Source: an uncultured Chthonomonadaceae bacterium (GTDB taxonomy: Bacteria > Armatimonadota > Chthonomonadetes > Chthonomonadales > Chthonomonadaceae). Taken from it: a stretch of 64,000 nt of DNA. The position numbers and the translations under genes were made by a program. This document shows positions 52,226-61,555 of the stretch, piece after piece. The stretch's first letter is position 1; each line of letters begins with the position of its first letter. The stretch is from positions 1 to 64,000 of the forward strand of contig CAWIEK010000044.1 of assembly GCA_963835065.1 (NCBI GenBank), read 5' to 3'. Below the pieces are notes generated by a model, which was not told the DNA's origin, did no database searches, and saw only the letters and a program-made list of their open reading frames with translations.

Positions 52226-54860
52226 ATGTCAAATCAACGAGTGGTTCGTAATCTTGGTTTGCTGCTGCCTTTAGGCGCGGCGTTGCTTTATGGCGGGCTG
52301 CGATTGAGCGCGCGGCCTGCGCAGAAAACGTCCGACAAGGCCATTATCGGCAAACAGGCGGATGGAACCTACTTCGTTCCCACCGGGCAAACGCTTGCTC
52401 CCGCAGGGCGCAACCTCACGTTCGAGGGCCGGCCCGTTGATATGGCGCTGCGCCCCGACGGGAAAATCCTGGCCGTAATGCTGGCGCGCGAAGTGCGTCT
52501 GCTGGATACCGCTACCGGACAGTTTCAAACGCCCACGCTTCCCGGAACCCATAACTTCGGCGGCATTGCCTGGTCGGGCGATGGACACACGCTGTATACG
52601 ACGGGCAAGGCAACAGTGGGGAACGACGACGCGCAGGCAGGCATGGGCGTTGTTTTTGTCACGCGCTTCGATGACGCGGGCCACGCCACGCCGCAAAAGC
52701 CGATTGCTTTCGCGCTTCAATCGCGTATTCAGCCCAATCTTCAAGCCAAAGACGCCGAGCCGTGCGGACTCGCCCTCAGCCCGGACGGCAAAACGCTTTA
52801 CGTCACCCTGTTCAACAACGGCACTCTGGCGGCTGTTGACTTGGCCTCCTACAGCCCGGAAACGGGAGCCGCCAAATTCGTGGAAACGCCGGTGGGCAGT
52901 TCACCGGAACGGGTGGTCGTCAGCGCGGACGGCGCGAAAATCTATGTCGCCAACCGGGGCGGCAAAACGCCGGAAGCGGGCGACACGAAAGACTTTGCCG
53001 ACCCCGTTGCGGTGGACCCCGAAACCTACAAAGTGGCGACGGGAACCCTGTCCGTCGTAAGCGCCAGTCAGATGGCGACGGATGCCGCCCATGCCGTTAC
53101 CAAAACCATCAACGTCGGCTTGCAGCCCGCCGATTTGCTGCTGTCCCGTGACGGCAAGCGTTTGTTCACGGCCAATGCGAATGCGGAAACCGTTTCGGTT
53201 ATCAGCGTCGAAACCGACAGCGTTGTGGAAACCATTCCCACCAGTCCCGCGCCCGGACGCCTTGCCGCCGGCAGTCCCAACGGACTTGCCCAATCGCCGG
53301 ATGGACAAACGCTGTACGTATCACTCGGCGGCGACAACGCCCTCGAAGTGGTCGCGCTGGATGCCCGTGCGGGCGGCAATGCGCCCGCAAACCGCTATTG
53401 CGGGCCTGATTCCAACCGCCTGGTTCCCGCTCGGCGTGACATTGGGCGCGGACGGCAAAACGCTGTATGTTGCCAACAGCAAAGGCATCGGCTCTCTGGG
53501 GGCAACAGTAACCCGCGCGCGTACCACGCCCGGAGCCGCCACGCCGGAAATGGGGCCGGGCGGAACGGTTGAAGGCGGCAATTTCGTGGGGCATAGCGTG
53601 TACGCGGTGGTAGGCAGCCTGGGCATCGTGGAAACGCCGGACACGAAATCGCTGGCGCAGTATACCGCGCAGGTGGCGCGAAACAACCACTTTGACCGCA
53701 TGGACGCCGCGCTCAAGCAAAAGCCCGATCCGTTCTGGTCGCGCTTCAAGCATGTTGTTCTGGTTATCAAGGAAAACCGCACCTACGATCAGGTGTTCGG
53801 TGACGTAGCCGTTCCGAGTGGGCATATCGGCGGCGATCCGCATCTGGTGATGTTCGGCGCAAAGGTCACGCCCAATCACCATGCCCTTGCCCGCGAGTTC
53901 GGCCTGTTCGACAACCTGTATTGTTCGGGGGCCATCAGCGCGGACGGACACCACTGGCTCAACGAGGCGTTTGCAAGCGATTATGCCGAACGCGCCATGA
54001 ACCTTTATCCCCGCTCTTATCCCTGCTGCGGAACCGACCCGCTTGTCTACGCGGGCAACCCGTTCCTCTGGCAGGCGGCGATGCAGGCGGGGCGCACGTT
54101 CTACAATTACGGCGAGTTCGCGCCCCTGCCGAGCATTCAGCGCCACTCCGACAACCAGTACAACGCCAAATACGAAGTGACGGCGGACCGCAATGAAGAT
54201 GTTGCCCACTGCGAACGCATCCTGGCGGATATTGCAAATGAGAGCAAGCCCCTGGCGCAATTGACGACCATCTGGTTCCCCAACGATCACACGTCGGGAA
54301 CGCGGCCCGGAAGCTACACGCCCGAAGCCGATGTTGCCGACAACGATCTGGCGGTTGGCAAACTGGTGGAGGCCATCACGCACAGCAAAAAATACTGGCA
54401 GGACGAGCCAACGGTGATTTTTGTCGTGGAAGACGACGCGCAGGGCGGATTAGATCATGTGGAAGGGCATCGTACCGTAGGACTGGTTATCAGCCCGTTC
54501 AATCGGCGCAATCAAATCGTCAGCACAAACTTCAACCAGTTGAATATGCTGAGAACAATAGAGTTGATCCTCGACATGAAGCCGCTCAACCAATTCGATG
54601 CCGCCGCCCTGCCGATGCGCGGTATTTTTACGGACAAAGGCGATTTTCAGCCGTACACGGCGCGCAAGAACGAAATCGCGCTGAACCTGAAAAATCCGCC
54701 CTTGAAGCGCCTGTCGGGAACCGCCCGCCACTGGGCCGCTCTGTGCGCCGAACTGGACTTTTCCGAGCCGGACCGCGCCGACCCGGAAACTCTAACTGAA
54801 GCCCTGTGGCATCACGCGCATGGCGACGAAGCCTATCCGCCGCCCACCGCCGCGCGCTAA
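52226..54860 (+). CDS. YVTN beta-propeller / phosphoesterase (alkaline-phosphatase superfamily) protein; frameshift near 53390
   Basis: LYVANSKG, IKENRTYDQVFGD, TPNHHALA, SADGH, PNDHT, VADNDLA, EDDAQGGLDHV. Confidence 0.88.
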
Positions 54861-54890
54861 TCAATATTTGATTTATTGAAGGGATCAACT

Positions 54891-55865
54891 ATGTTCTTAT
54901 TTCGTAAGGCAACGCTGCTGACTGCTGTTTTGCTCGGCCTGGCTGCCGTTCCCGCGCTTGCCGCGCCGCCGCTCACGGCGCAGACGCCCATCGTGATTCC
55001 GGGCGGTCCCGGAGGGTTCGACTGGATGCGGGTGGATGCGCCCTCCCATCGCGTTTTCGCCACGCACAAAGGCACGAAAACCGTCGCCATCGTTGACCTG
55101 AAAACCGAGAAGGCTCTTGCGTCCGTAACCGTAGGCACAGCGCAGGGCGTGGCGTTTGACCCGAAGGACAACAAAATCTTTTTGGGTGACGACGTGGAGC
55201 ATAAAATCGTCATCCTCAATTACGCGACGCTCAAGCCCACCGGGGAAATCGCCGTGACGGGTCCTGTAGACGATATTTGCTACTGCCCCAAAAACGGCCT
55301 GATTTACGCCGACCACGATGACGGCGAGGATGTATGGGTGATTGACCCGAAAACCGAGAAGATCGTTGGAACCGTTACCATCCCCACCGCCCCGGAAAAA
55401 ATCGAGTACGACAAGGCGAGCGACCGCTTGTACCAGAATATCAAGAGCAACAGCACGGTGCAGGTGATTGACCCGGCAACAAACAAGGTGGAGAAAACGT
55501 TTGACACCGCGCCTGCAACCGGCCCGCACGGACTTGCCCTTGACAGCAAAACGCAGCGGCTCTTTGCGGCAGGCAGCAACGGCAAACTGGTCGTGATTGA
55601 CCTGAAAAGCGGCAAGGTGATTGCAACGGTTGATATTGGCAAAGGCGTGGATCAAATCGCCTTCGACCCCGGCAACAAGCGCATTTACTGCGCCTGTCAG
55701 GGCGTGATTTCCGTTGCGGAGGAAACGGCAGGCGGCGCGAAACTGATGGGCAGCGTCCCGACTCCGAAGGGAGCGCACACAATCACGGTAGACGAAAAGA
55801 CTCATGCGGTCTGGACGTGCTACGCCGACGCGCATGACAGCTATCTGTTGAAACTCTTACCTTAG
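54891..55865 (+). CDS. Secreted YncE-family beta-propeller
   Basis: Signal peptide; GGFDW; repeated V.VID blades; GAHTITVD. Confidence 0.82.
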   Translation: MFLFRKATLLTAVLLGLAAVPALAAPPLTAQTPIVIPGGPGGFDWMRVDAPSHRVFATHKGTKTVAIVDLKTEKALASVTVGTAQGVAFDPKDNKIFLGDDVEHKIVILNYATLKPTGEIAVTGPVDDICYCPKNGLIYADHDDGEDVWVIDPKTEKIVGTVTIPTAPEKIEYDKASDRLYQNIKSNSTVQVIDPATNKVEKTFDTAPATGPHGLALDSKTQRLFAAGSNGKLVVIDLKSGKVIATVDIGKGVDQIAFDPGNKRIYCACQGVISVAEETAGGAKLMGSVPTPKGAHTITVDEKTHAVWTCYADAHDSYLLKLLP

Positions 55866-55934
55866 ATATTGCAAGGAGTTGCAAAAGTTTAACCCGCCTT
55901 ATGCAAAAAAAGTGACATTATTTTGTTGTGTATC

Positions 55935-55963
55935 TTGACGCATGGTATAACGCATGGTATACT
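55935..55963 (+). promoter_or_regulatory. Sigma70-type promoter of the tail operon with tandem 12-bp repeat
   Basis: TTGACG, 17 bp, TATACT; ACGCATGGTATA twice at 55938-55961. Confidence 0.65.
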
Positions 55964-56403
55964 AAACTGTCAGGAATACTTGGTTCTCCGCTTTCCTCGC
56001 CAATTTTCCCCTGATTTATGACCTCTATCGCATTTTTGCAGCATACTTTGCGCAAAGATTGTGTTTGCAGCCGTTTTCGCAGCGATATTTTTGGCGGACG
56101 CCCGGCCATATTATTTATGGCGCTTTCGCCTTTTGCACTAATCAGCTCTACCCGAAATCAGCTCGATTCGATATTTGACCTGTCAGATATTTGTTGTGCC
56201 GGATATTTGCTCCACCCTGAATTAGTCCGCTTGTAATCAGCTCCACCCGCATCCAATTTAACAATCCAATAGCGTCCGTTTTCTGGTTGCCTGGTATTTA
56301 TTTATCCGGCACTCATTTGGTCACGCGGCGGCTGCCATCGTCGGCATACCGTCCATTGAGGGCAGCGTTCGACCGCCAAACGAAGCGCAGCAAAGGGGAA
56401 ATC

Positions 56404-58098
56404 ATGTCGGAAATGGTCATACCTGGAACGTATATCTCGGTGCGGGCGGAGGGTCTGATTACGGCAGGCCGCATCTCGTCGGGCATCGTGGGCGTGGTCG
56501 GCACGGCGGAAAGCGGGCCGATCAATACGCCGGTCACGCTTGCCAACTTCGCCGACGCCCGCGCCATCTTCGGACGCGCCGACGACCCGGCCAACGCCAT
56601 TGATCCCGGTTCGCCCATGCTGACCCTGGTGAAAGCGCTGCAATTCGCCTACGACAACGGCGCGTCGTCCATCATTGGGGTGCGGGTGGCGGGTACGGGC
56701 GCGGCTTCGGCCACATTCGCCCTGCCGGGCGAAACCGCGAACACGACGGTTGCCACGCTGACCGCCAAAACGCCCGGCACTTACGCCAACAACTTGCGCG
56801 TACAGGTCACGCCCGCGCAGGAGCGCGCCCACATCGTCGGCGAAACGAGCGCGTCCAATGTCAAACTGAACTACGGAGGCGTCGCCAGCGTACAGGGCGG
56901 CAAACTTGCCCTGCGCCGCGCCGCAACCCACAGAGTGGACACCTTCGATGTCGTGTTCCCCGCCCCTGCCCCTGCGCCCACCCCCGCGCCCGCTGTCGGA
57001 CAGGTGGTTATCAGCCCCGATACGGGCGCTCTCACCTTTGAAGCCACGCAAGTGCCGGCTGCCGGGGATCAATTGCTTGCCACCTACGATGTCGCGCCCG
57101 CAAGCGCGCGCCTAGTCACGCTTTCGCTTAACGGCACGGTGGAGCGCTATACCGTACCCGACGGCCAATCCCTCGTCAACTATATAAAGGCTGGTTCGCG
57201 CCTTGTCACGGCCATTGCCGACGCCAAAAACAGCGGCGGATTGCCCAAAGCCGGAACCGACTCATACCTGGGAACCGGAACCAATACGCAGGGCGCGGAC
57301 GGCCCCACTGCCGCCGGCGACGATTACGCGACGGGACTGGACACCCTGAGTGACCGCATGGTGAACATCGTCGTATTGGCCGGGCAGGACGCCAAAACAA
57401 TGGGCAGCCGCCTCATTTCGCATCTCAATTCTACTGAAAACAGCGACCACGAGCGCATCGGCGTGATCGGTGTGGCCGGCAACAGCGTGGATGATTATTT
57501 GGGACATGATGTTTCCAACGGGCGCGTTGTTCTCGTTGCGCCGGGTATTGCCAACATTTCGCCGAGTACCTCCAACCCGGATGGTTCTACCCTCCCGCCT
57601 GCTTACACTGCCGCCGCCGTTGCCGGCCTGATCGCTTCCCTCGACGTGCAAGCCAGCCTGACCAACAAAGCCGTCAACGTTCCCGGCCTGGACATCCGCG
57701 CCAATCGGGGCCAACAGGCGCAGTTGATTGGGCGCAGCATCCTGACCGTGATTGCCAAAGACGGCTATCGCGTCCTGAAAAGCGTGACGGCGGCGGGCGA
57801 GGGCGACCCCTTTATCAACATCACCACGCGCCGAATTGTGGATTATGCCAAGTACGGCGTCCGCTCCGCCGCCAATCCCTATCTGGGCCGTCTAAACAAT
57901 TCCCGCGTTCGGGGCGCGATGAAATCCACGCTCGACGCCTTCCTGACGGGCATGGTGGAAGACGAGGCGCTGACCGGCTACAAACTGACCGTAGACGCCA
58001 CCCGCGCTCAGGAAATCGCCGGCGAAGTCAGCGTCGTAATGATCCTTCAGCCCACGTTCAGCATTGATTACATTCGCGTAGTGATGAATCTGCAATGA
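56404..58098 (+). CDS. Contractile tail sheath protein
   Basis: IPGTYISV, IVGVVGTAESGPINTPV, AKTPGTYANNL.V, AAAVAGL, ITTRRIVD, PYLGRLNN..R..M, V..ILQPTFSIDYI.V. Confidence 0.9.
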   Translation: MSEMVIPGTYISVRAEGLITAGRISSGIVGVVGTAESGPINTPVTLANFADARAIFGRADDPANAIDPGSPMLTLVKALQFAYDNGASSIIGVRVAGTGAASATFALPGETANTTVATLTAKTPGTYANNLRVQVTPAQERAHIVGETSASNVKLNYGGVASVQGGKLALRRAATHRVDTFDVVFPAPAPAPTPAPAVGQVVISPDTGALTFEATQVPAAGDQLLATYDVAPASARLVTLSLNGTVERYTVPDGQSLVNYIKAGSRLVTAIADAKNSGGLPKAGTDSYLGTGTNTQGADGPTAAGDDYATGLDTLSDRMVNIVVLAGQDAKTMGSRLISHLNSTENSDHERIGVIGVAGNSVDDYLGHDVSNGRVVLVAPGIANISPSTSNPDGSTLPPAYTAAAVAGLIASLDVQASLTNKAVNVPGLDIRANRGQQAQLIGRSILTVIAKDGYRVLKSVTAAGEGDPFINITTRRIVDYAKYGVRSAANPYLGRLNNSRVRGAMKSTLDAFLTGMVEDEALTGYKLTVDATRAQEIAGEVSVVMILQPTFSIDYIRVVMNLQ

Positions 58099-58222
58099 AG
58101 GGGTCAGGATTCAGGGGTCAGGGATCAGGGATAATGCCGCGTTGTAAGAAACGTTGCGCATAATCAAAATTTTAGCCAACAAGATATTGCTCCTGACCCC
58201 TGACCCCTGAATCCTGACCCCT
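58099..58222. repeat. Inverted (GGGTCAG)-type heptamer pair
   Basis: aggggtcaggattcaggggtcagg ... cctgacccctgaatcctgacccct. Confidence 0.88.
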
Positions 58223-58244
58223 GCCAAGAAAGGATTGTGCGCTC

Positions 58245-58751
58245 ATGCTCAATGATGTTTTTCGCGCCTCCGACGCCGTGCTGGTGCTGGGCGTGGACGA
58301 TCCCACCGCGCCCGAAGGCGCGGCGGCGAATGGCCTGGTCGAGCAATACAGCCTGACCAATGCGGTCGGCAGGCTGCGTAATGTTTCCGTCAGCGTGTCT
58401 ACGGACGTGCAGGCATTTTATGAAATCGGCAAGCGCTATCCCACCGAACTGCGGTCCGGCGTGATTCAGGTGTCCGGCACGGCGGAACGCGCCCACATCA
58501 ACGGCGCGTTGCTGCGTCTGATGCTTGGCGACGGAGCCGTCAGCCCGCCTTCGAGCGGCAATTTCGTGCAGCCGTCCTTCAATATCATCGCCACACTGGA
58601 AGACCCGGCTCATCCCGGCCAAACGTGTACCCTGACCATCTTCAGCGTCAAGTTCGACAGTTGGAAGTACACCATACCGGGCAGCGACTTCGTGATGGAA
58701 GCCATTTCGTTCCAGGCCATGCGCCTGTCGTATGATGAAGCCGGGGCGTAG
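58245..58751 (+). CDS. Tail tube protein
   Basis: Follows the sheath; 168 aa, beta-rich; FYEIGKRYP...GVIQVSGT...VMEAISFQA. Confidence 0.75.
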   Translation: MLNDVFRASDAVLVLGVDDPTAPEGAAANGLVEQYSLTNAVGRLRNVSVSVSTDVQAFYEIGKRYPTELRSGVIQVSGTAERAHINGALLRLMLGDGAVSPPSSGNFVQPSFNIIATLEDPAHPGQTCTLTIFSVKFDSWKYTIPGSDFVMEAISFQAMRLSYDEAGA

Positions 58752-58836
58752 GAGAGATACAAGATATAAGATATAAGATAAAAGTGAACTGCCTTTCCCT
58801 CGTATCTGCTTATATCTTATATCTTGTATCTCTCCT
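58750..58836. repeat. Inverted (AAGATAT)n / (ATATCTT)n pair
   Basis: aggagagatacaagatataagatataag ... cttatatcttatatcttgtatctctcct. Confidence 0.88.
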
Positions 58837-58851
58837 ACCCAGGAGTAAGCA

Positions 58852-59364
58852 GTGGCGGACGAGGAAGCGGCGCGCGCGCTGACGGCGCAGGACTTGCTGG
58901 CGGGCGGCAAACTGGTGCATGACGTATGTATCCCGCCGGAGATATTGGCGCCGGGTGGGATGAACGGCGGAGGGGCGGGAGCATCGCTGGTGCGCCTGCG
59001 TCCGCTCAATGTCGCCATGCTTGCCCTGATTTCGCGGGCGGCGCGGGACGATGCGGGTTTGGTTCCCCTGCTGATGATTAAGGAAGCGCTGGTTGAGCCG
59101 ATGCTAAGTTTGGATCAGGCGCGTCAACTGCATGTCGGGCTGGTGCATTATCTGGTGGGGCAGATCAATGTGATTTCGGGGCTTACGGCTGAGGGCGATA
59201 CATTTGCGCAGGCGGCGTCCTCGCCCACCGGCCAGGCGTATCTGCTGCTGGCAAAGCACTTCGGCTGGACGCCCGAACAGGTCAGCCAACTAACGCCGGG
59301 GCAGGTCGCCATTTATCTGGCGGGCGTACAAGCGCTGCTGCAATATGAGGAGAAGCGGAAGTGA
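58852..59364 (+). CDS. Tail assembly chaperone-like protein (G- and T-like parts in one frame)
   Basis: Position after the tube; VRLRPL..., ALVEP.L, INVISGL; C-terminal LAKHFGWTPEQVSQLT. Confidence 0.65.
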   Translation: MADEEAARALTAQDLLAGGKLVHDVCIPPEILAPGGMNGGGAGASLVRLRPLNVAMLALISRAARDDAGLVPLLMIKEALVEPMLSLDQARQLHVGLVHYLVGQINVISGLTAEGDTFAQAASSPTGQAYLLLAKHFGWTPEQVSQLTPGQVAIYLAGVQALLQYEEKRK

Positions 59365-60614
59365 GCGAAACACAGGCGTTTCGATTGGACGCTTTGGGAC
59401 AACCCCTGTGCCGCATGGCGCAGGCGTTGTTCGCGCCCGTTGCCGCGCCTGCCTGCCTGCCCACGCTCCCCATCCTGCAAACCGACCCCGCCTTGCAAAT
59501 GAGCGCTTTGTTCCTGCCGTTGACCCATTCCACGCGCCGTCCTGTCAACGTGGTTCCACAGCCGCCGGAATCGGCTGCGGAACCGCGCCCGGACGTAACG
59601 CCTGCCCTCGTCGCTGATTGGCAGGCCAGAAATAGTGCCGGTTCGGTTGGGCTAAACCGGACGGCAGATTTGCCGGACGCAGGGCGCGAAACACCAGAGA
59701 ACGCGCGCGCGTCCCAACGCCCCGCGTCTGATTCTCTATTCCCTTCCGCTATATCCAATGCGCCACAGCGCGTAACGAAGTTTTTGCCCGGTACGCCAAT
59801 CGCGCCACCAACAGCCACGTTCGGGTTTTTACCATCAATGTCGCCGGCGTTGCCGATAGAAGCAGGCATTGCGCCGAGCGATGCGGCAAAAAACTTGCAG
59901 ACAAATACAACGCAGGCAAAAACAGCGCAGACGGCAAGCCCCGCCGTCCCGGACGTTCTTCAGGCGCTGCGCGCGCTTACCACAACCGCCCGGACAACGG
60001 CGCTGCCTTTCGCCGGGCAGAACCACGCTTCGCCCGGCCTGCCAACGCTGTCCGCAAACCCGTTCGCGCCACTGGAAGCGGCTGTCGCCTACATGCCGGA
60101 TGCCACGCTTTTTCCGTCTTTGAACGGCGAAAACGAGGTCAGTAACAATGTCAGCAGCGAAACCCAAACACCGTTTCGGGAAGCGTTTGCGCCGAGTACG
60201 GACGGCTTGATGCAGGCGCGGCAGGCCTACACAGCAGACGCGAACACCGGGCAAACTCACGTGGAACAAGCCAACGGCAGACGGGGCGAACCGCTTGAAA
60301 CCATGCCGCCAATGGCAACGCCCCCGCAGGCTGGAAACGACAACGCGCCGATGCGATTGACGCGCGAAACTGCGCCGCTTGCCGCCATGCTGCAAACACT
60401 GGTTCAGGCCGCGCCGTTCGCTTCATCGGTGGCGGCACTTTCCGAGCGACAGGCCCCGCCTACACTTCCGGCATTTACCCCGACGTTTGAAGATTTGCCG
60501 AACAATGCGCCGCCAACTGCCGCCCCTCCTCCCGACATAGACGCGCTGATACAAGCCCTAGAGGAGCATCTGGAACTGGAATTCCGCCGCGCTTACGGCA
60601 CATCGGGACGGTGA
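59361..60614 (+). CDS. Pro/Ala/Thr-rich low-complexity protein with short C-terminal helix
   Basis: GTGA overlap; ends DIDALIQALEEHLELEFRRAYG. Confidence 0.6.
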   Translation: MSETQAFRLDALGQPLCRMAQALFAPVAAPACLPTLPILQTDPALQMSALFLPLTHSTRRPVNVVPQPPESAAEPRPDVTPALVADWQARNSAGSVGLNRTADLPDAGRETPENARASQRPASDSLFPSAISNAPQRVTKFLPGTPIAPPTATFGFLPSMSPALPIEAGIAPSDAAKNLQTNTTQAKTAQTASPAVPDVLQALRALTTTARTTALPFAGQNHASPGLPTLSANPFAPLEAAVAYMPDATLFPSLNGENEVSNNVSSETQTPFREAFAPSTDGLMQARQAYTADANTGQTHVEQANGRRGEPLETMPPMATPPQAGNDNAPMRLTRETAPLAAMLQTLVQAAPFASSVAALSERQAPPTLPAFTPTFEDLPNNAPPTAAPPPDIDALIQALEEHLELEFRRAYGTSGR

Positions 60615-60747
60615 GGGGGTAGGCATCAGGCATTAGGCATTAGAGAAGAAGTGAAGAGGAGAAGAGAAGAAGATATTAGATATTAGATATTAGCCACATA
60701 GAAGAAGACGGAAGCCGTATTCACAATCGGCAATCGAAAATCCAAAC
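60615..60747 (+). repeat. Intergenic composite heptamer cassette
   Basis: AGGCATT-type units, purine run, (AGATATT)3, AATCGGCAATCGAAAATC. Confidence 0.75.
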
Positions 60748-60766
60748 ACCGGAGAGTACCGCGACA

Positions 60767-61378
60767 ATGGCTGTGGAATTGGGCAAAATCAGTTTGGAGC
60801 ATTTGACGCAGGTGAGCGTGGTGGAGGAGCCGCGCATTGCCTTTCAGTCCGTGCCGGGATTGAAAGGCGACCTGGCGCAAACGATGGGGCGCGCGTCCGT
60901 ATCCGTCAATTTTCACGGCCTGTTTTATGGTCCCAAAGCCGGGGATGATCTGGCGCAGTTACGCGCCGCTTTTGCCGAAAACGCGCCCATAGATTTCTTT
61001 ACGGAAGCGGTCGGACAGGGCTATTTCGCCAAAGTGCTGATTACCCGGCTGGAAGTGGCGCAAAAAGCCGGGTATCTGGATCAATTTGATTATCAGTGCA
61101 GCGTCCGGGAGTATGTGGAACCGCCCGCGCCCGCCGCCGACACGCTGGCTGGATTGGACGCCGGCCTGAAAACGGAAGCCGCCGGGTTTATGAAGGATGT
61201 GGAAGGCTCACTCGGCGCGGTTAGCGACCTGACCGACCTTGTGAACAACCTGCCCCTCAACCTGCCCGTTTTCAGCGACCCGACTACGAAACTCAAAACC
61301 ATCGGCGGGCCGTTCGAGAGCGCCGTCACCGATACGGGGCCATTGACCGCGTTGAGCGATGTCGCCGGGTTGTTCTAA
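60767..61378 (+). CDS. Tail hub / DNA-circularization-N-terminal-like protein
   Basis: VPGLKGDLAQTMGR.SVSVNFHG...L..L.AAF....P..F...V.I..L.V...FDY...VREY. Confidence 0.55.
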   Translation: MAVELGKISLEHLTQVSVVEEPRIAFQSVPGLKGDLAQTMGRASVSVNFHGLFYGPKAGDDLAQLRAAFAENAPIDFFTEAVGQGYFAKVLITRLEVAQKAGYLDQFDYQCSVREYVEPPAPAADTLAGLDAGLKTEAAGFMKDVEGSLGAVSDLTDLVNNLPLNLPVFSDPTTKLKTIGGPFESAVTDTGPLTALSDVAGLF

Positions 61379-61555
61379 CACATTGGTATTCTGAAAATGC
61401 CGGTATTCGGTGTTCGGTGTTCGGTATTCGGACAATCCGGCGTGTTTATGCTCGAAGGTGAGCGTAGTTCATGGGGCTATCCTGAATATTTGCGTTCATT
61501 CGCGTTCATTTGCGGCTAAATTCCCTTTGTATTTTCTTGTAAGTGGAGTGTGCTT

